A stretch of 64,000 bases of DNA, taken from Tubulanus polymorphus. Lineage: Eukaryota; Animalia; Nemertea. Below, one piece after another: positions 51,177 through 64,000 of this stretch. How positions within the stretch are numbered: the first letter of the stretch is position 1; every line of letters begins with the position of its first letter. The stretch lies in the NCBI RefSeq assembly GCF_964204645.1, contig NC_134025.1, positions 31,636,688 through 31,700,687 of the forward strand. Direction: 5' to 3'. Both the position numbers and the translations under genes were made by a program. A model generated the notes under the pieces. That model had not been told where the DNA came from. It was given only the letters and a program-made list of their open reading frames with translations, and ran no database searches.

Positions 51177-53448
51177 GTGATTCCTACTTAAAAGTAAACT
51201 TAATTCTACAGGGATAGAAACGTAGTAAACCTTTACCACCGGGCTCAGAAATCAACCTTGCGGAACACCTTTAGTTAAACAGTACGAATTAAGGGAGATC
51301 CTCTATAAAACTCGAATACAAACCGCACAAAAAGAAACCGATTCTGAATTCTGAAATTCTAATTTGTCTCGATTCAGTCGATTTGTAAAATTTCATAATA
51401 AACGTAACGTGTTTAAAGACTGTGTCAAGAGCATTGAATCGAAAATCATTGACCTGATATTTTCAACTCATTATTTCATCGTTTTATTTGTTTTTGATGT
51501 GTTGCAGTTTGTACACATATTCGAAAATAACGAATCTTCACAATTTAAACTAGTTGTGACTACTTGACCCACCTCAAAGTGCGACTAATATATTAATACG
51601 CATGCGTTAAAAGGTTTGCACTTGATCGAGCTGATGTCATTTTTTTTAGGTTCACGAACCAACACACAACTGAACTACGTTACATATCTATGTGCGTGTA
51701 CGTAAAACACTCGACACTCTATAGATTAATCGATAATACTAGTTCATGTTTAGTAACTAACTATAAATAAATATAGAAACTATGATCAGTTTAATATCGA
51801 TGTTTTGATGTTAAGGACCCGGAGTACTTCAATATTTTGTTCGAGTAGTTCAGTCTGGTGGTTCCTATTCGATATAACCAAGGATTATACTTAGTCACGT
51901 AGTAAGGGCTACTCTTAGTCAGGATTAAGAGTTACACTTAGTTTTAATCAAACGTCCATGACTGATGTGTAAACATTAAAATTCATGAGATGATTCTACT
52001 ATTAATCCTAGAGTTGTGTCTGTCACAGTCTACAGTGCGAGTGTTGACAGTAATTTTAGTCTAAGAGTAAGACAAGCTGGTGATGAGTAAGACTGCGGTC
52101 AACAATGGTTCATTAGTCCTGGTGTATGTCGTTAAATTACACATATCCGGTTGTTTAACCGGTAGTCACGTGATCATCCAGAAACATGCCGCTGATTGTG
52201 ACGGTAGTCACGTGGTGGTACAGTCCCTCGTACCAGGGTAAACGTCATGAAGAAACAGGACGTCGCCCGGAATCCCGGAACCAGAGGAGCTCCACCCATA
52301 TACCCATTCGGGCCACGAGTTAACTACTCGGAGCCTGTTCAAATTCTTTGCCAAATTCTAATGAAATTTTTCAATTTCCTTTTAATGTTAACGACATAAA
52401 ACATGGTTAATTCAGCCTGATTGAAGCTGGGACTGTAAGAACCCGTGTGCGTGAACCTGGGAGATGGAGACACGCCTGAAGGTGTTGTAGATATGAAACC
52501 TGGTGCCGTCTGTGAGTTAGATAATGATTATCAATGATTAGAATTGATGAATTTATTCTCGGATGAAGACAGATTTATCGACGTGAAATCGACTTTATAT
52601 CGACCTGGATAGACCTGGATAGACCTGCCAGCTAATATCAAAACTATTTAAACTATCTCTAAATCAATTCGAATAATATTCTTACATATCTCTCGCTCTC
52701 TCTCTATACACCTATACGAACAAAATATCAATATTATTGATCTTATAAGTTTACACAAGTTCATTATTACCCAAGATCCTTCGCGGTATAAAGCTCGGCA
52801 GCCATTTTACCGGTATCCAATGTTACAGACGAGACAACATTTTCACTGATGTGACCTTTGTACTAAAAAGTATCGCTCCAAACCAATGCAAATGTATTGT
52901 TTTCGTAAAAATGTATCGTTCCAATACAAATGTATTGCTTCAACAAAAATGTTATGTTCAGTACTTGTACTGCTCAAGCATATTTTACTTAATTCGTAAT
53001 AAATGTACTAATGATGTTTAGCGCATATGTTTTCACTAAATGCAGTAATTTAGCGAGCGGATATAAATTAGATTGTGTATCGCTGTGGGAGTGAATGAGG
53101 TATCTCAGTTTTAGTGGCCAGTAGTAATATAATATAGCCCGGGGTTTGGGAGTAGGCTAACTGACAAACTGCGTGTGTTAAAAATTGCCTGAAGGGTTTT
53201 TGTCTAATGTTAGCTCCACTCACAATATCCTCGATCGATATTTTAGTTCTTTTGTTTTGTTTTTTCCATTTATTCGGTTTTTATCAATAAATGATTCACA
53301 CCTCTTTCACCCGGAGAACACTGGCTCCGCCTAGTAGCTGGTTTACGCATTACACGCGCCCATAACATTCTGAATCCGTGTTGTCATGATGATATAAAAT
53401 CCTAAACTAAGAATGAAAAGAGTCTGAACTGTTTTATTGAACTAAATA

Positions 53449-53640
53449 CAACGTTTTGATGATTCCATGATAGTGATCTATAGGGGGACCTCCGATCTAA
53501 CAACGTTTTGATGATTCCATGATAGTGATCTATAGGGGGACCTCCGATCTAACAACGTTTTGATGATTCCATGATAGTGATCTATAGGGGGACCTCCGAT
53601 CTAACAACGTTTTGACTGTATCCCATAATAGTGATCTATA
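53449..53640 (+). repeat. 52-bp unit x3 plus a diverged partial copy
   Basis: CAACGTTTTGATGATTCCATGATAGTGATCTATAGGGGGACCTCCGATCTAA at 53449, 53501 and 53553. Confidence 0.96.
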
Positions 53641-54789
53641 ACCTGGAAACAGTTCTAAAGCCAATCTTACAACTTATGACTAGTTTCAGATTTGAGACTC
53701 ATATTTGGACTTTGAGCAACTGAAGATGATTCTAAGGATGTAAGAGAATTACACGTCGAATAAACTACTATAGGTGCTGCTTCATTGTTAGTGTACAGTG
53801 AATCTACAACACGGACTCAGAGAATGTTTCAACAATGGTTATATATTATGAGGACAACATCAGTATTCCTGGAATACAAGTCGAATAAACTGCCTACAGC
53901 CGCTCAGAGGGAAACATTTCGGACTCTATTTGTTTAATCACAAGTGGCCGTAATTTTTTTTCTAGTCAATATCTAGTGACATTTTGATTTATTTACGGGG
54001 GGCATTCAGTGAATTCATTATCAGTGTGTCTAGTGTTTATCTAGTCAACGTGTGCTCTATTGATGAGTTAAGGGGTTCGAACCCGTCACATCCAGTACAT
54101 CAACTGATAAACAACACTCCAATGACATAACTATAAGTGTTAATAATGTATTTTGCGAACCTGGGTCTCTTCTTATCTCATAAACTATTCACAGTAAACA
54201 CGTATGATCGGACAAACTTCAATCCTATTTCACGTTAAACCTGTTTTTCTATTAGCGATGGCTATAAGCGAGTCTTTGATGTATTATTTACCGGTTACAG
54301 GCGACTGGTCAGCATCCCGATAATTACATCAATGGTCCAGCAGGGAATAAGATGATGATGATCAACTAGTGTGTGAAGATGCTGCAGTAATTATACAGAT
54401 GAAGAAATATCTCCTCCCGATAAAACATAACTACAATTGATTATCTAATAATGGGGCTCCGGGAGCAATAGATAAAATCTAAAGGACATATCACATAAAT
54501 AAGTGACATTCTCGCCCAGTTCTCCGGGGGAGGGGGGGGGGGGGTAGGTGAGTTCTCTCCGGGAGGAGGGATGATGGGAGAATTAGAACCACCAGTCTGA
54601 CTGTATTACTGGATACCATGGATGGTGGGTAGGTGGCTTTTTGGGCTGCAGAATATTCAGCGAGAATAGATAAAGTTACAAGATTTGACTGAAGAGTTGC
54701 AGTTGTTGAAGGATGAACCAAAAAAAGTTAACAAGTTTTTACTACAGAAAATTAAGTCTAGATATTACCGGTAAGATGTGATCTGGTAT

Positions 54790-55080
54790 CCCCTTAGCCG
54801 CCCTCAGTGCCAACCTAACACCTCAGCCACACCAGGCCCTCAGCCATACCAGGCCCTCAGCCATACCAGGCCCTCAGGCATACCAGGCCCTCACACCTCA
54901 CCCTTAGCCGCTCTCAGTGCCAACAGCAGCCACACAGCCCCTCAGTCTCACTAAGTCTCAGCCCCTCAGTTAACACTCAGCCCCTCAGTTTCACTCAGCC
55001 CCTCAGTTTCACTCAGCCCCTCAGTTTCACTCAGCCCCTCAGTACCACTCAGCCCCTCAGTTTCACTCAGCCCCTCAGTG
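54790..55080 (+). repeat. Adjacent 17-bp and 18-bp minisatellites sharing CCCTCAG
   Basis: CAGCCATACCAGGCCCT x4, then CAGTTTCACTCAGCCCCT x6-7. Confidence 0.92.
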
Positions 55081-55245
55081 CTCATTATCTCAGTGAAATC
55101 TTATATTTCTGCCTATTAGTAAATGACGTCATAATGAGATCTATTAAAGTCGTTGTTGATTTGGTTTCCTTGGAGTTAAATTACAGTCATTATACAGACA
55201 TATATAAACTACCAGCAGCCTCAGTTCATCGAGCCTTATAGAAAT

Positions 55246-55352
55246 CCTACAAACTGGAACTGGGGCAACCCTACAGACTGGAGCAACCCTACAAACTGGA
55301 GCAACCCTACCAACCGGAGGGACCCTACAAACTGGAGCAACCCTACAAACTG
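55246..55352 (+). repeat. 18-bp minisatellite
   Basis: CAACCCTACAAACTGGAG, ~6 copies. Confidence 0.9.
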
Positions 55353-55496
55353 ATACCCTGAAACTGATAAGGCAGCCTAACCATTGACAGATACCCGAGT
55401 ACAGCCGAGTTGACCCGAGTAGACCCGAGTCGGACCGGATCACGGATGACCGATTCTCATGAATATGATAATCCTCAAATCCAAAACTCACAACTA

Positions 55497-55607
55497 GTCG
55501 CGGTGGCCGAATGGTTAGAACCGATGACTCCGCTGCTAGGGTTAGGGTCTGTTAGGGTTAGGGTTCGAGTCCCGTCTAGGGTTAGGGTTAGCGTTATCAC
55601 GACACCG
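55497..55607 (+). pseudogene. tRNA-Ser-like pseudogene or SINE head interrupted by TTAGGG blocks
   Basis: The 5' half, GTCGCGGTGGCCGAATGGTTAGAACCGATGACT, resembles tRNA-Ser. The B box is GGGTTCGAGTCCC (55561-55573), and TCACGAC (55597-55603) can pair with the 5' GTCGCGG. Three telomeric blocks lie inside. Confidence 0.6.
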
Positions 55608-58600
55608 ACATAATTCCTGATTTTTTTCTGAAAGTGCTAATTTATCGGGTCGAAGATGAAACGATAAAATTCATTTTTGTTTCGGCCAGTAATACTGGCA
55701 CTATAACCCACGTAACGTTAATACAATACTGTATTTTTTATCTATTAAAACCTATTGAAAACTAAACTGTAAGATCGTGTTGTATAACACCTGAATACAG
55801 CTGGACTATAAAACTAGTTGAATTCACCCACAACTGATGGAAATGACTCGACTTTCGTGATAACGTTTCATCTTAAAACGGTTAAGTTTGAATTGTTGTC
55901 CTCATTGAAAACATGAAGTTGCCAAAATAGCAATTACACCAAAAATTTGAGTTCAACTTAATCGTGAAACGAAGCCCTTAACAAAACTCAGTATCCTGAA
56001 TTCAGTTCAACAGCTCGAAATCTCAAAGAGCCAAATCTAAACTCACACACAACTGTGGAATTAGATCCCCGTAAATATCATAAACTTTATATCTATCACA
56101 CATTGATTACTAACTACGAACTCTGATATTCTAAATAGTAAAATCAACACGTTATAAACTGATAAATATAAATATAATGTTTATCACGACTTACCAGAAT
56201 GAAGGGTTTATCACACCGGTGACTCCAGTAGAAGCTGTTTGTGACACACACAGATTAGACGTGCTACAAACTGTGCGAAACCTCGAGTCTCACAGTTTTA
56301 TCAAAACTTTTGCGCAGAGATTGAAAACCAACAACATCCACTGATAGCGAGAGAGCAGAACGCGACAGACGAAATCTTACACCTAACGACATCTACCGGC
56401 AATACGGTGAACTATAGGGGCTGAGCTTTTAAGACGTTATGGGCGTGGATAGAGAGAGAAGAGAGAGAGAGAAGAGAGATTTGCCCGGTGGGGGAACCAG
56501 TCTGTTTGTACCATGTCCTCCCAATACACGTGTCCCACAACTACACGCGCAGATAATACATGCGCTAAATCACCTGATACATTTAAACCAGAGTTAATCT
56601 CTAGATTAAGTAAAGATTAGAATTAACGCTTATCCGGGTCAAAAGTTCTCCAAGCACTCCAATTACCGGTACCATAGATAGAATTAGTTTAACCTGTCTG
56701 AGGAAAGGATTAATGAGTACGGATTAGGGATGTCTGGTGTTCGACTCTATACTGGTTACAGGAGCACACACTTAATACTCTACAAACTAGAATTCTTAAA
56801 TTCCACGATAGATTTCGTTGCGTGGCATTAGAGAATTATCTGGACCACAGTTTAAAGATGGGAGATCCAGATGTATGGATAGAATACCAGGGGGCAGCAG
56901 TTGTTCTAAAAGTTGGTTCAAAGTTGTGTTTTGGATGAATGACACAGTGAAATATGAAATTGAATTGTAACCGGCAGTTTTATATGACCTTGAACAAACT
57001 ATTGCCTCTGATGGTAGATTCCAGGATGTTAGGAGGTTTAATGACAGTTCAGATTCTTTTCTTTAATTCAGACTTGTTTGATGTGAGTCCCTCTGACAAG
57101 CACACCAGTCACACCTGCCCTGAACGGAGTATATCACGGGTTTAAAGACTTTCAAATATCGGATGAAGAATTTAAAACAGGTTTTAAATGAATAACTTTG
57201 CAGAATCAAAGTAAATCGATGGTAGGGGAGCTTTAGCCTGGACATACACGTGACTTGTTTAGTAGCGAGCGAGTTAGTATTTGTGGGAGCTATTAACTGT
57301 AAGATTCAGTGAGGCGTAAGTCAAATCTATAGACTGTTCAATAATTAAACACTGCACCAGTCTCTATCTATCTTACTCTCATCAATTCATATCTATTATT
57401 TACAGGATGCAATGAAACGGTTCCTGGTGACCTTATTGCACTAACAATAGAAATATAACTGCTCATAATGACAGATAGTGAAACTAGAGATGAGAATGTA
57501 CCGCAATATATTTCGGGGTTTCTTCATGAGACGCGCGCACTCTGAGTTTCCTCACGCGCTGCTGGGCATTTTAACAGAAATCAATTTCGCTGTATATCTC
57601 GCAGGGATGATGCTGGATACTGTATCCAGGATACATTGAGTTCTATGTCCATCAGTTGTTACCTGAAGCTATTAAACTGTAACAGAAATCAATTTCTTCA
57701 TCGATTGTTTAACAATTAGTCTCTTGTTTCTATTGTCAAATTAATGAAAATTATCCGAGCAAACTGAAACCCTTTCCAGTTGGATTATTAATTATTCGAT
57801 GTGTCATTGTATTGGTGAATTTCTTTGTTTGGTCCGCGCTAAAATGCGGATCGTCTTGTACGGATTCCCGAGGAGACAGGTGGCGTGTGTCACGTGACTC
57901 ATCGTCGCCCCGCCGCGTCCCATCGAAACGGCGACATCTATGAGATGGAATGTGAACTAGAATACAGAACGCGCACGATTTGAATCCCGAAATTATCAAG
58001 TTTTAATTCTACTGATGTATATGTGAATTTGTCAGCAGCAGCTGCACCCGCCGCACCAGCAGCAGCGACTGGTGTCGCGATCGAGGATTCCACGTATGGC
58101 AAGCGAGGATCCGCCAGGTGCGCTAGCGGTTACTCAGTTAGTGAACTTCAATTTCGTGAACATTTCATTGAAATTAACTCTTTTCACTTATACCTATTTG
58201 ATGACCTGTTATTCCAGTTAAAGGTTCATAGAAACTGAACTTATTTTCACGACGTATCGTTACGCCATCTGGTGTGTGCCCGTACCCCGTTAATGATACA
58301 TAATGCTACGGTTTCGAATCCCGAATTCATCAAGTTTTTTTTAATCGAATTCTCGTTACGTTTGAACTTAACGTTTCTTTTTCTGCAGAAAGAGTCGTGA
58401 AATGTCTGGGGGGGGATGTGTTCTCGGGGTGACAATACGCGCAGCGGAAATCAGCAGCGAATCTGGAATCGCTGAAGCGATGTATCCGTTTCATACACGG
58501 TTCATTTCACACGACGAACAGAAACTCGGGCTAAATACATCACCGGCAAAACCTTTCAACACAAAAAAACCAGCTTGTTCCTCTGAATCGACGAGAGGTT

Positions 58601-58870
58601 TTCCAGTAATTTCATGGCCACTAGTTGCTCGTCGAGCGAGCGCGCGCACGCGTTCCACACTGTAACCGAGGTAACCGATATGTAACGGCGCTACATTGTT
58701 GTCACATCAGGTGGAATTATTTGAGCTCCGGTGAACATCCAATGCGCGCTTCCGGTCTGAGACTAACCGGTTCATCATCAGATCATCATATCTCATACCT
58801 GCCGCTATCAGATCCAGTTACCATGGTAACGCACTCATCATATACCTCTCACCGATAAACAATTATTTAC

Positions 58871-58907
<37 letters not shown>

Positions 58908-59209
58908 CTGTGAGTGTGAAAGGTGTTTCGAATACAGGTGTCAGATTTTCAAATTTGATTCCCTTTTATCTATTTCGGGGTGTATTTTTTGCCATTGAAT
59001 ATTTTCGAGTCTCTCGAAGCAGAGAAATAAAAAAACTAGTAAACGCATTAAAATCCTGAGGGTAAATCGGCCCCGAAGATTCAATTTTGCCGATATTGAT
59101 ATTGATTTTGTTGAGGACGCAATATATCAGTGTTGAGTTGAACCCGAGGCTGTTTCAATGCATGTGATGGAGGAGATACTTTTTTATTTGATGATAAGGG
59201 TGTTAGGGG

Positions 59210-59358
59210 GTGACAAGGAGAGGGGAGTGAGACGGAGAGGGGAGTGAGACGGAGAGGGGAGTGACAAGGAGAGGGGAGTGAGACGGAGAGGGGAGTGACA
59301 AGGAGAGGGGAGTGAGAAGGAAAGGGGAGTGAGACGGAGAGGGGAGTGAGACGGAGGG
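59210..59358 (+). repeat. 17-18-bp purine-rich minisatellite
   Basis: GGAGAGGGGAGTGAGAC and GGAGAGGGGAGTGACAA units. Confidence 0.93.
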
Positions 59359-60254
59359 AACGAGATATCATCTTTGAGCACTCCGTTCCGTTACAAAACT
59401 TGTATTTGGCGCCCCTTTAAGTGGAGGGGATGAGGGGAGGGGGTGGAGGAGCTGGAATAAGGGGAGGGGCGAGAATGAGGGATTAAAGAGATTTTCTGCC
59501 TTTTGTTTTGATAAATCAATAATTCTTTCATTAATCATAAAAAAACCTTTCAGAATCGATCATCTGTAAATCGGCGCTGTGTTCCCGGGGGTCAACCGAG
59601 TGCAACAGAGCCTGTGACTAATTCCAGGTATTCAAAAACCACCGGAAGTAACAGCCGCGTCACTACGGTCATTCAAAATGGCGTGACCCCGTGATGTGCG
59701 TGCACGTGTTCAGTGCATTTGATGAGTAAAACCTTTTCATAAAAAAATCAATTCATACAACAACAAAAAAAACAAATAAGAAAACGTCGTTTCTAATCAC
59801 AACGCAGCGTAACATCTGTTGTACGGTTAAAATGACGTCATAGTCGCCTGCGCATTGTTTTCCGGTGACAATGAGAGTCTGGTAATTAAACAAGTTAATT
59901 AATCCGTGATTCATCTGGAACCTCCGCGGTATCCTGGGATGTTGGTGCGTGATACAGTATCGAGTAACAGCCTCCCTCGAGGAGACCACACCCGACTGAC
60001 TGACTGAGATCCATCTCCTCTCTCTCTCTCTCTCTCTCTCAACTCTCTCCCAGCAGCGGGGAGGTGCTGTCTGCTGTTCCCGTAAACACAATCTATTATA
60101 CAACTAGGTCACAATGAGTTGAACCATCCCGAGTTTATTTGAAAAATCATGAAAGATCAGTTCAGGGTCGACCAGAAACTGTTTTATCCCCAACTGTGGA
60201 ACTACTGGTTCCAGTTAAAATTAACCCTTAGACTGCTGGATCCAGAATCTTGAT

Positions 60255-60351
60255 CTGAATCCCCAACACTGGAACTGAATCCCAATAATGGGATTGAATC
60301 TCCAACAATGGGATTGAATCCCCAACAATGGAGCTGAATCCACAACAATGA
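60255..60351 (+). repeat. 20-bp degenerate minisatellite
   Basis: TGAATCCCCAACAATGGGAT-like units, x5. Confidence 0.85.
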
Positions 60352-63158
60352 AGATTGAGCATAAATCCAGTTAGGCGCGGCCTCCTCCCGGACAATGTAC
60401 AACTTTCATGAAAAAAGTGGTAGAGAATTATATTTAATCGTGGACTAATAGAGATAGAGAATCACGGATTACAATGAGCTACTCAGTGATTAGTGTAAGG
60501 AGAGATAATGGACGTGTTCACACCACGCGGATTTAAGATGCATTAGTCTGTGTGAATTCCACTGGGATCCATTCAACACCATGAGTTCCCGACACACACA
60601 CACACAGTCACAGTGAAAATGACCGTTAAATAGCTGTAACTGTCCAACTCTATTACACTTACAACTGACCGAAACTTACAACAAAGCTTTTTATCAATAA
60701 TTTCTAAAAGCGTTCTGACAATAGAAACTGTCTAAGATTATTAACTATTCGATATTTGGCTGAGAGTCTGCTGCGCCGTTAATCCTCGATCCCTTCTCGC
60801 TCAGCACTTACAGCAGTTTCTCTTATTAACTTAAGTGATAATTTTTTGACCGGAAGCACAGGACATTTTTATTGATCCTTTAAGATGATTATTCCTTTTT
60901 GTGTGCATCGTATAGCCGAGTATAGCTCCCCCTAGTGGTGAATAAATGAACCGGACAAATGGACCGTTCGTATATCTGACGTCGCAAGTTAATATGCAGG
61001 AGGGATTCGAACCTGGTAGAATCACGACTCGGCGCGGTTACCCTGACCTCTGATGGCGAGTGAGTAGTTCCGGACGCCGCGGAGAATGTAACAGTCTGGG
61101 ACGGTCGATGCCGCGATGACGTTCTCATTTTTCACGCGTCTAATAACGCATTAATCTCTCTCTCTCTCTCAATCCGTGTTAGATGATGAATTAATAAGTT
61201 GATCGTGGTGATTGTTTTCTAATAGACCGGAGCCATCCTCGCTCAGTCAGTCGGTCGGTGGGTCGGTGGGTCGGTCGGGCGGATGAGATGAGAAACTAGT
61301 AGTGACTATCAATCATTGTAAGCTGTCAAATCGGTGTAAACTACAGTAACCACCACTTCAACCTCTAACTCGCTATCAATTAATAGACACACTCACTCGC
61401 ACACGAGGGTTTAATTGGTGAGGAGGAGCGAGTGTCAAATATATCATGATAAACAAGGCGCAAACCGTTTAACAGCGCGCCAGTCAGTCAGGTGTTGAAA
61501 CAATGATTGATTGCCGCCCAGAGAAACGTGCACATAGTCGCCATCTCGCGGGTAAACCAGGAAACTACTCTCACCCTGATGAATCTTTCGTATCTTTATT
61601 TTCACGAAATATTTCAGCCAATAAAAAACGCTATTCCGCCGATCACGTGATCAATACCCAGGTCACGTGATAAATAGGTCACGTGGGCATTTAGACGTTC
61701 AATCATACTATTTTTCCTCCAAATAAAAATGACCGAATTCGGATGAATTTCCTTTTTTTCCTGGATCCATGTTTCACTAGAAATGATATTAAACTAGGTC
61801 TAAATACCCAGAGAACTATTACTTAGTAATCAGCGTTGTAAGCACTAATTCGTGGAATAAATCTAAGCCCTGCTGTATTAGGAAGAAGATTATCTTAATC
61901 AAATTAAACCAGTATCAGGCCAATAAAATAGGGGCTGCTGATAATGATGAATCGATTATACAGTGATTAGTTGTGATGTAATGTTTCATCAGTACTGGTA
62001 CATAATAAACTCTATTCCGTTCACCTGATTCCGCGTCTCATAATATTTATCTAATACTTCACTAAACAGGTTATATATAATTACTTTACATACAAGTAGT
62101 ACTGACACAGGTGGATAGAACTCAACTCAACCCTTCAGGTGAAGGTACGAGCTAACTTTCATTCACTTTATAAAAGAGATTTTACAATCAGTGAAAGGTT
62201 ACCAAAATACAAGTTACCAAAAAGGCAACTTAAAGAGAGGTCACCAAAATCACCAAGAAGAGGTGATGACGGTGGGAGGTAAAACAACGACCTTGGGCAG
62301 CTGTAACAGACCATTTGGGAGGTGCATAATGTTCGTTCTGTTCGCAATCATGACAGTAAAACTATTGAGCTTGGTCAAATATGTATAATATATAAATATA
62401 TTATGTATGTGGCCCTTTTTGGGACTTCAGCAGTAATGTAAGATATATATAGACAAGTACATTTTTACATTGTGAAGTACTGGAACAAACATTCAGTGTT
62501 GACACTAATATTGGTTGCTGGACAAACGTTGCGATCATGATTAGAATACATTGAGACTACAGTCGATAGTGCTGCATTCCCAACCCTGGGTTACTACCGG
62601 TCGTATTTAGAAACTACCAGTTCATCAAACTGTACTTCTGTTAATAATTCAGTATATGTCACTATGATAGATAGATAGATAAATGAAAAAATTTATTAGT
62701 CTCAATCTTTCATCCCGACTAAAACAATAGATGATTCATTAACCTAATTCTATCTAATCACTTATTGTTTTCTTGCATTAATAAACATTTACATAATTCA
62801 TCAAATAATCTTATTACATAAGAAATCAAAACAAGCCCAATAAACCCTTTACTACTACACACTGTCTGATACCACGTGATCTATAAAAATCGATAAATTC
62901 CTGAGACTTTTAAGTAGATAGTCAGAAGGTCAAGGTCACAGATATTAAAGTCAGAAGTCAAACATCCGAAAATGTTAAAACGTAGGAGAACTAAATGTCT
63001 CTATTCTGAGTTAGAGTTTATTTGGAACTGTGGAATTTTGTGATTTAATAATGAAAATTTCATAACAAATGACTTGCGGCAAATGAAATGAATATTTCAC
63101 AGTAACTGTGAGTTAGAGTTAACTCTGAACTCAGGATCCAGTCAACTCTGAACTCAGG

Positions 63159-63242
63159 AGGGTCCAGTTCCACAGTTGTGAGTTGGAGTCAACTCACACT
63201 CACTATTTTTTGCTAATCCAGAACTATAAAACCAGACCCCTG
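63159..63242. mobile_element. MITE-like element, same TIR family (consensus about CAGGGGTCCAGTTCCACAGTT)
   Basis: The left end is GGGTCCAGTTCCACAGTT and the reverse complement of the right end is GGGTCTGGTTTTATAGTT, differing only by transitions. Related ends occur at 47214-47232, 56050-56070 (rc) and 60191-60203 (rc). Confidence 0.5.
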
Positions 63243-64000
63243 AGGCCCCAACAGTAACTAAGTTGTGAGATTAAAGGGTTGTTCAAAATGAATCCTAGAA
63301 CCTCAGAACTGTGAGGTCCCTATAGGCAGCTCATTGCGGTATAACAATGATATACAATTACTATAAATGGAAGTAGTTTAGGTCAGTGATGTTAATTGAC
63401 CTGCTGTATTTAATGTGTGATTACACGGATTGAAGGGTTATAGGTCAAATTACATATTTATATACAGCAGAAACTCAATCTATATATATACATGCCTGTG
63501 GAGTTAGGGGGCTGAACTCACAGCCAGATTGTCAACAAAGTTGAAAGTAATAAACAACATCAAAACAAAAGATGTAAAAGGGACAGCGATGCCAAAAATA
63601 GTCACAAATATCGAGAACTCCACTAAAGAGGCCCGCTAAAACTAGAGAACTCGACAATAGGTCATAGTCAGTTAGTTTCATATTTTATGGGTTTAATCAA
63701 AAATGAAATATATAATATTCTAAATTCAAACCTAACAAGAATTGGTTCCTTTTGATAGAAAGAACCGGAGGAAGTAATAGCCTAAAATGTATACCACAAA
63801 CCTGTAAGATCGAGTGAAACGGCAATTAATCTCGACATTCAATTCAAGTAAAAACAGTCTCTTTCGATAAGTTGTAAGAAAATATTAAATGAATTTGAAA
63901 TTACCTTCAAATGAATTCGAGGAGTCACAATAGTCAATAGTCCACACGCGCCGAGTAACAGTGGTAACCAGTTAGTGATGTTGCAAGCACTAAAACTGTA

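Overview
Eukaryotic, AT-rich animal genomic DNA; an invertebrate, possibly lophotrochozoan, source is a low-confidence inference. The only convincing protein-coding gene is an intronless-CDS Frizzled 5/8 orthologue on the minus strand (19233-20924). It sits in a gene desert containing more than 20 distinct mini- and microsatellites (including an uninterrupted (CAG)100), a decayed RTE-clade LINE 3' end, several MITE-like inverted-repeat elements, and clusters of CTCF-, CRE-, Pbx/Meis-, ETS- and YY1-like motifs. The most unusual signal is three tRNA-derived elements from two apparently different tRNA parents that carry short telomeric blocks (CTAGGGTTAGGGTTA). In one of them the blocks lie inside the cloverleaf. 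A second notable pattern is that some tandem arrays look like amplified terminal inverted repeats of a local MITE family. All other ORFs in the track appear to be repeat-derived or spurious. All counts and alignments were made by eye, and no database search was possible.
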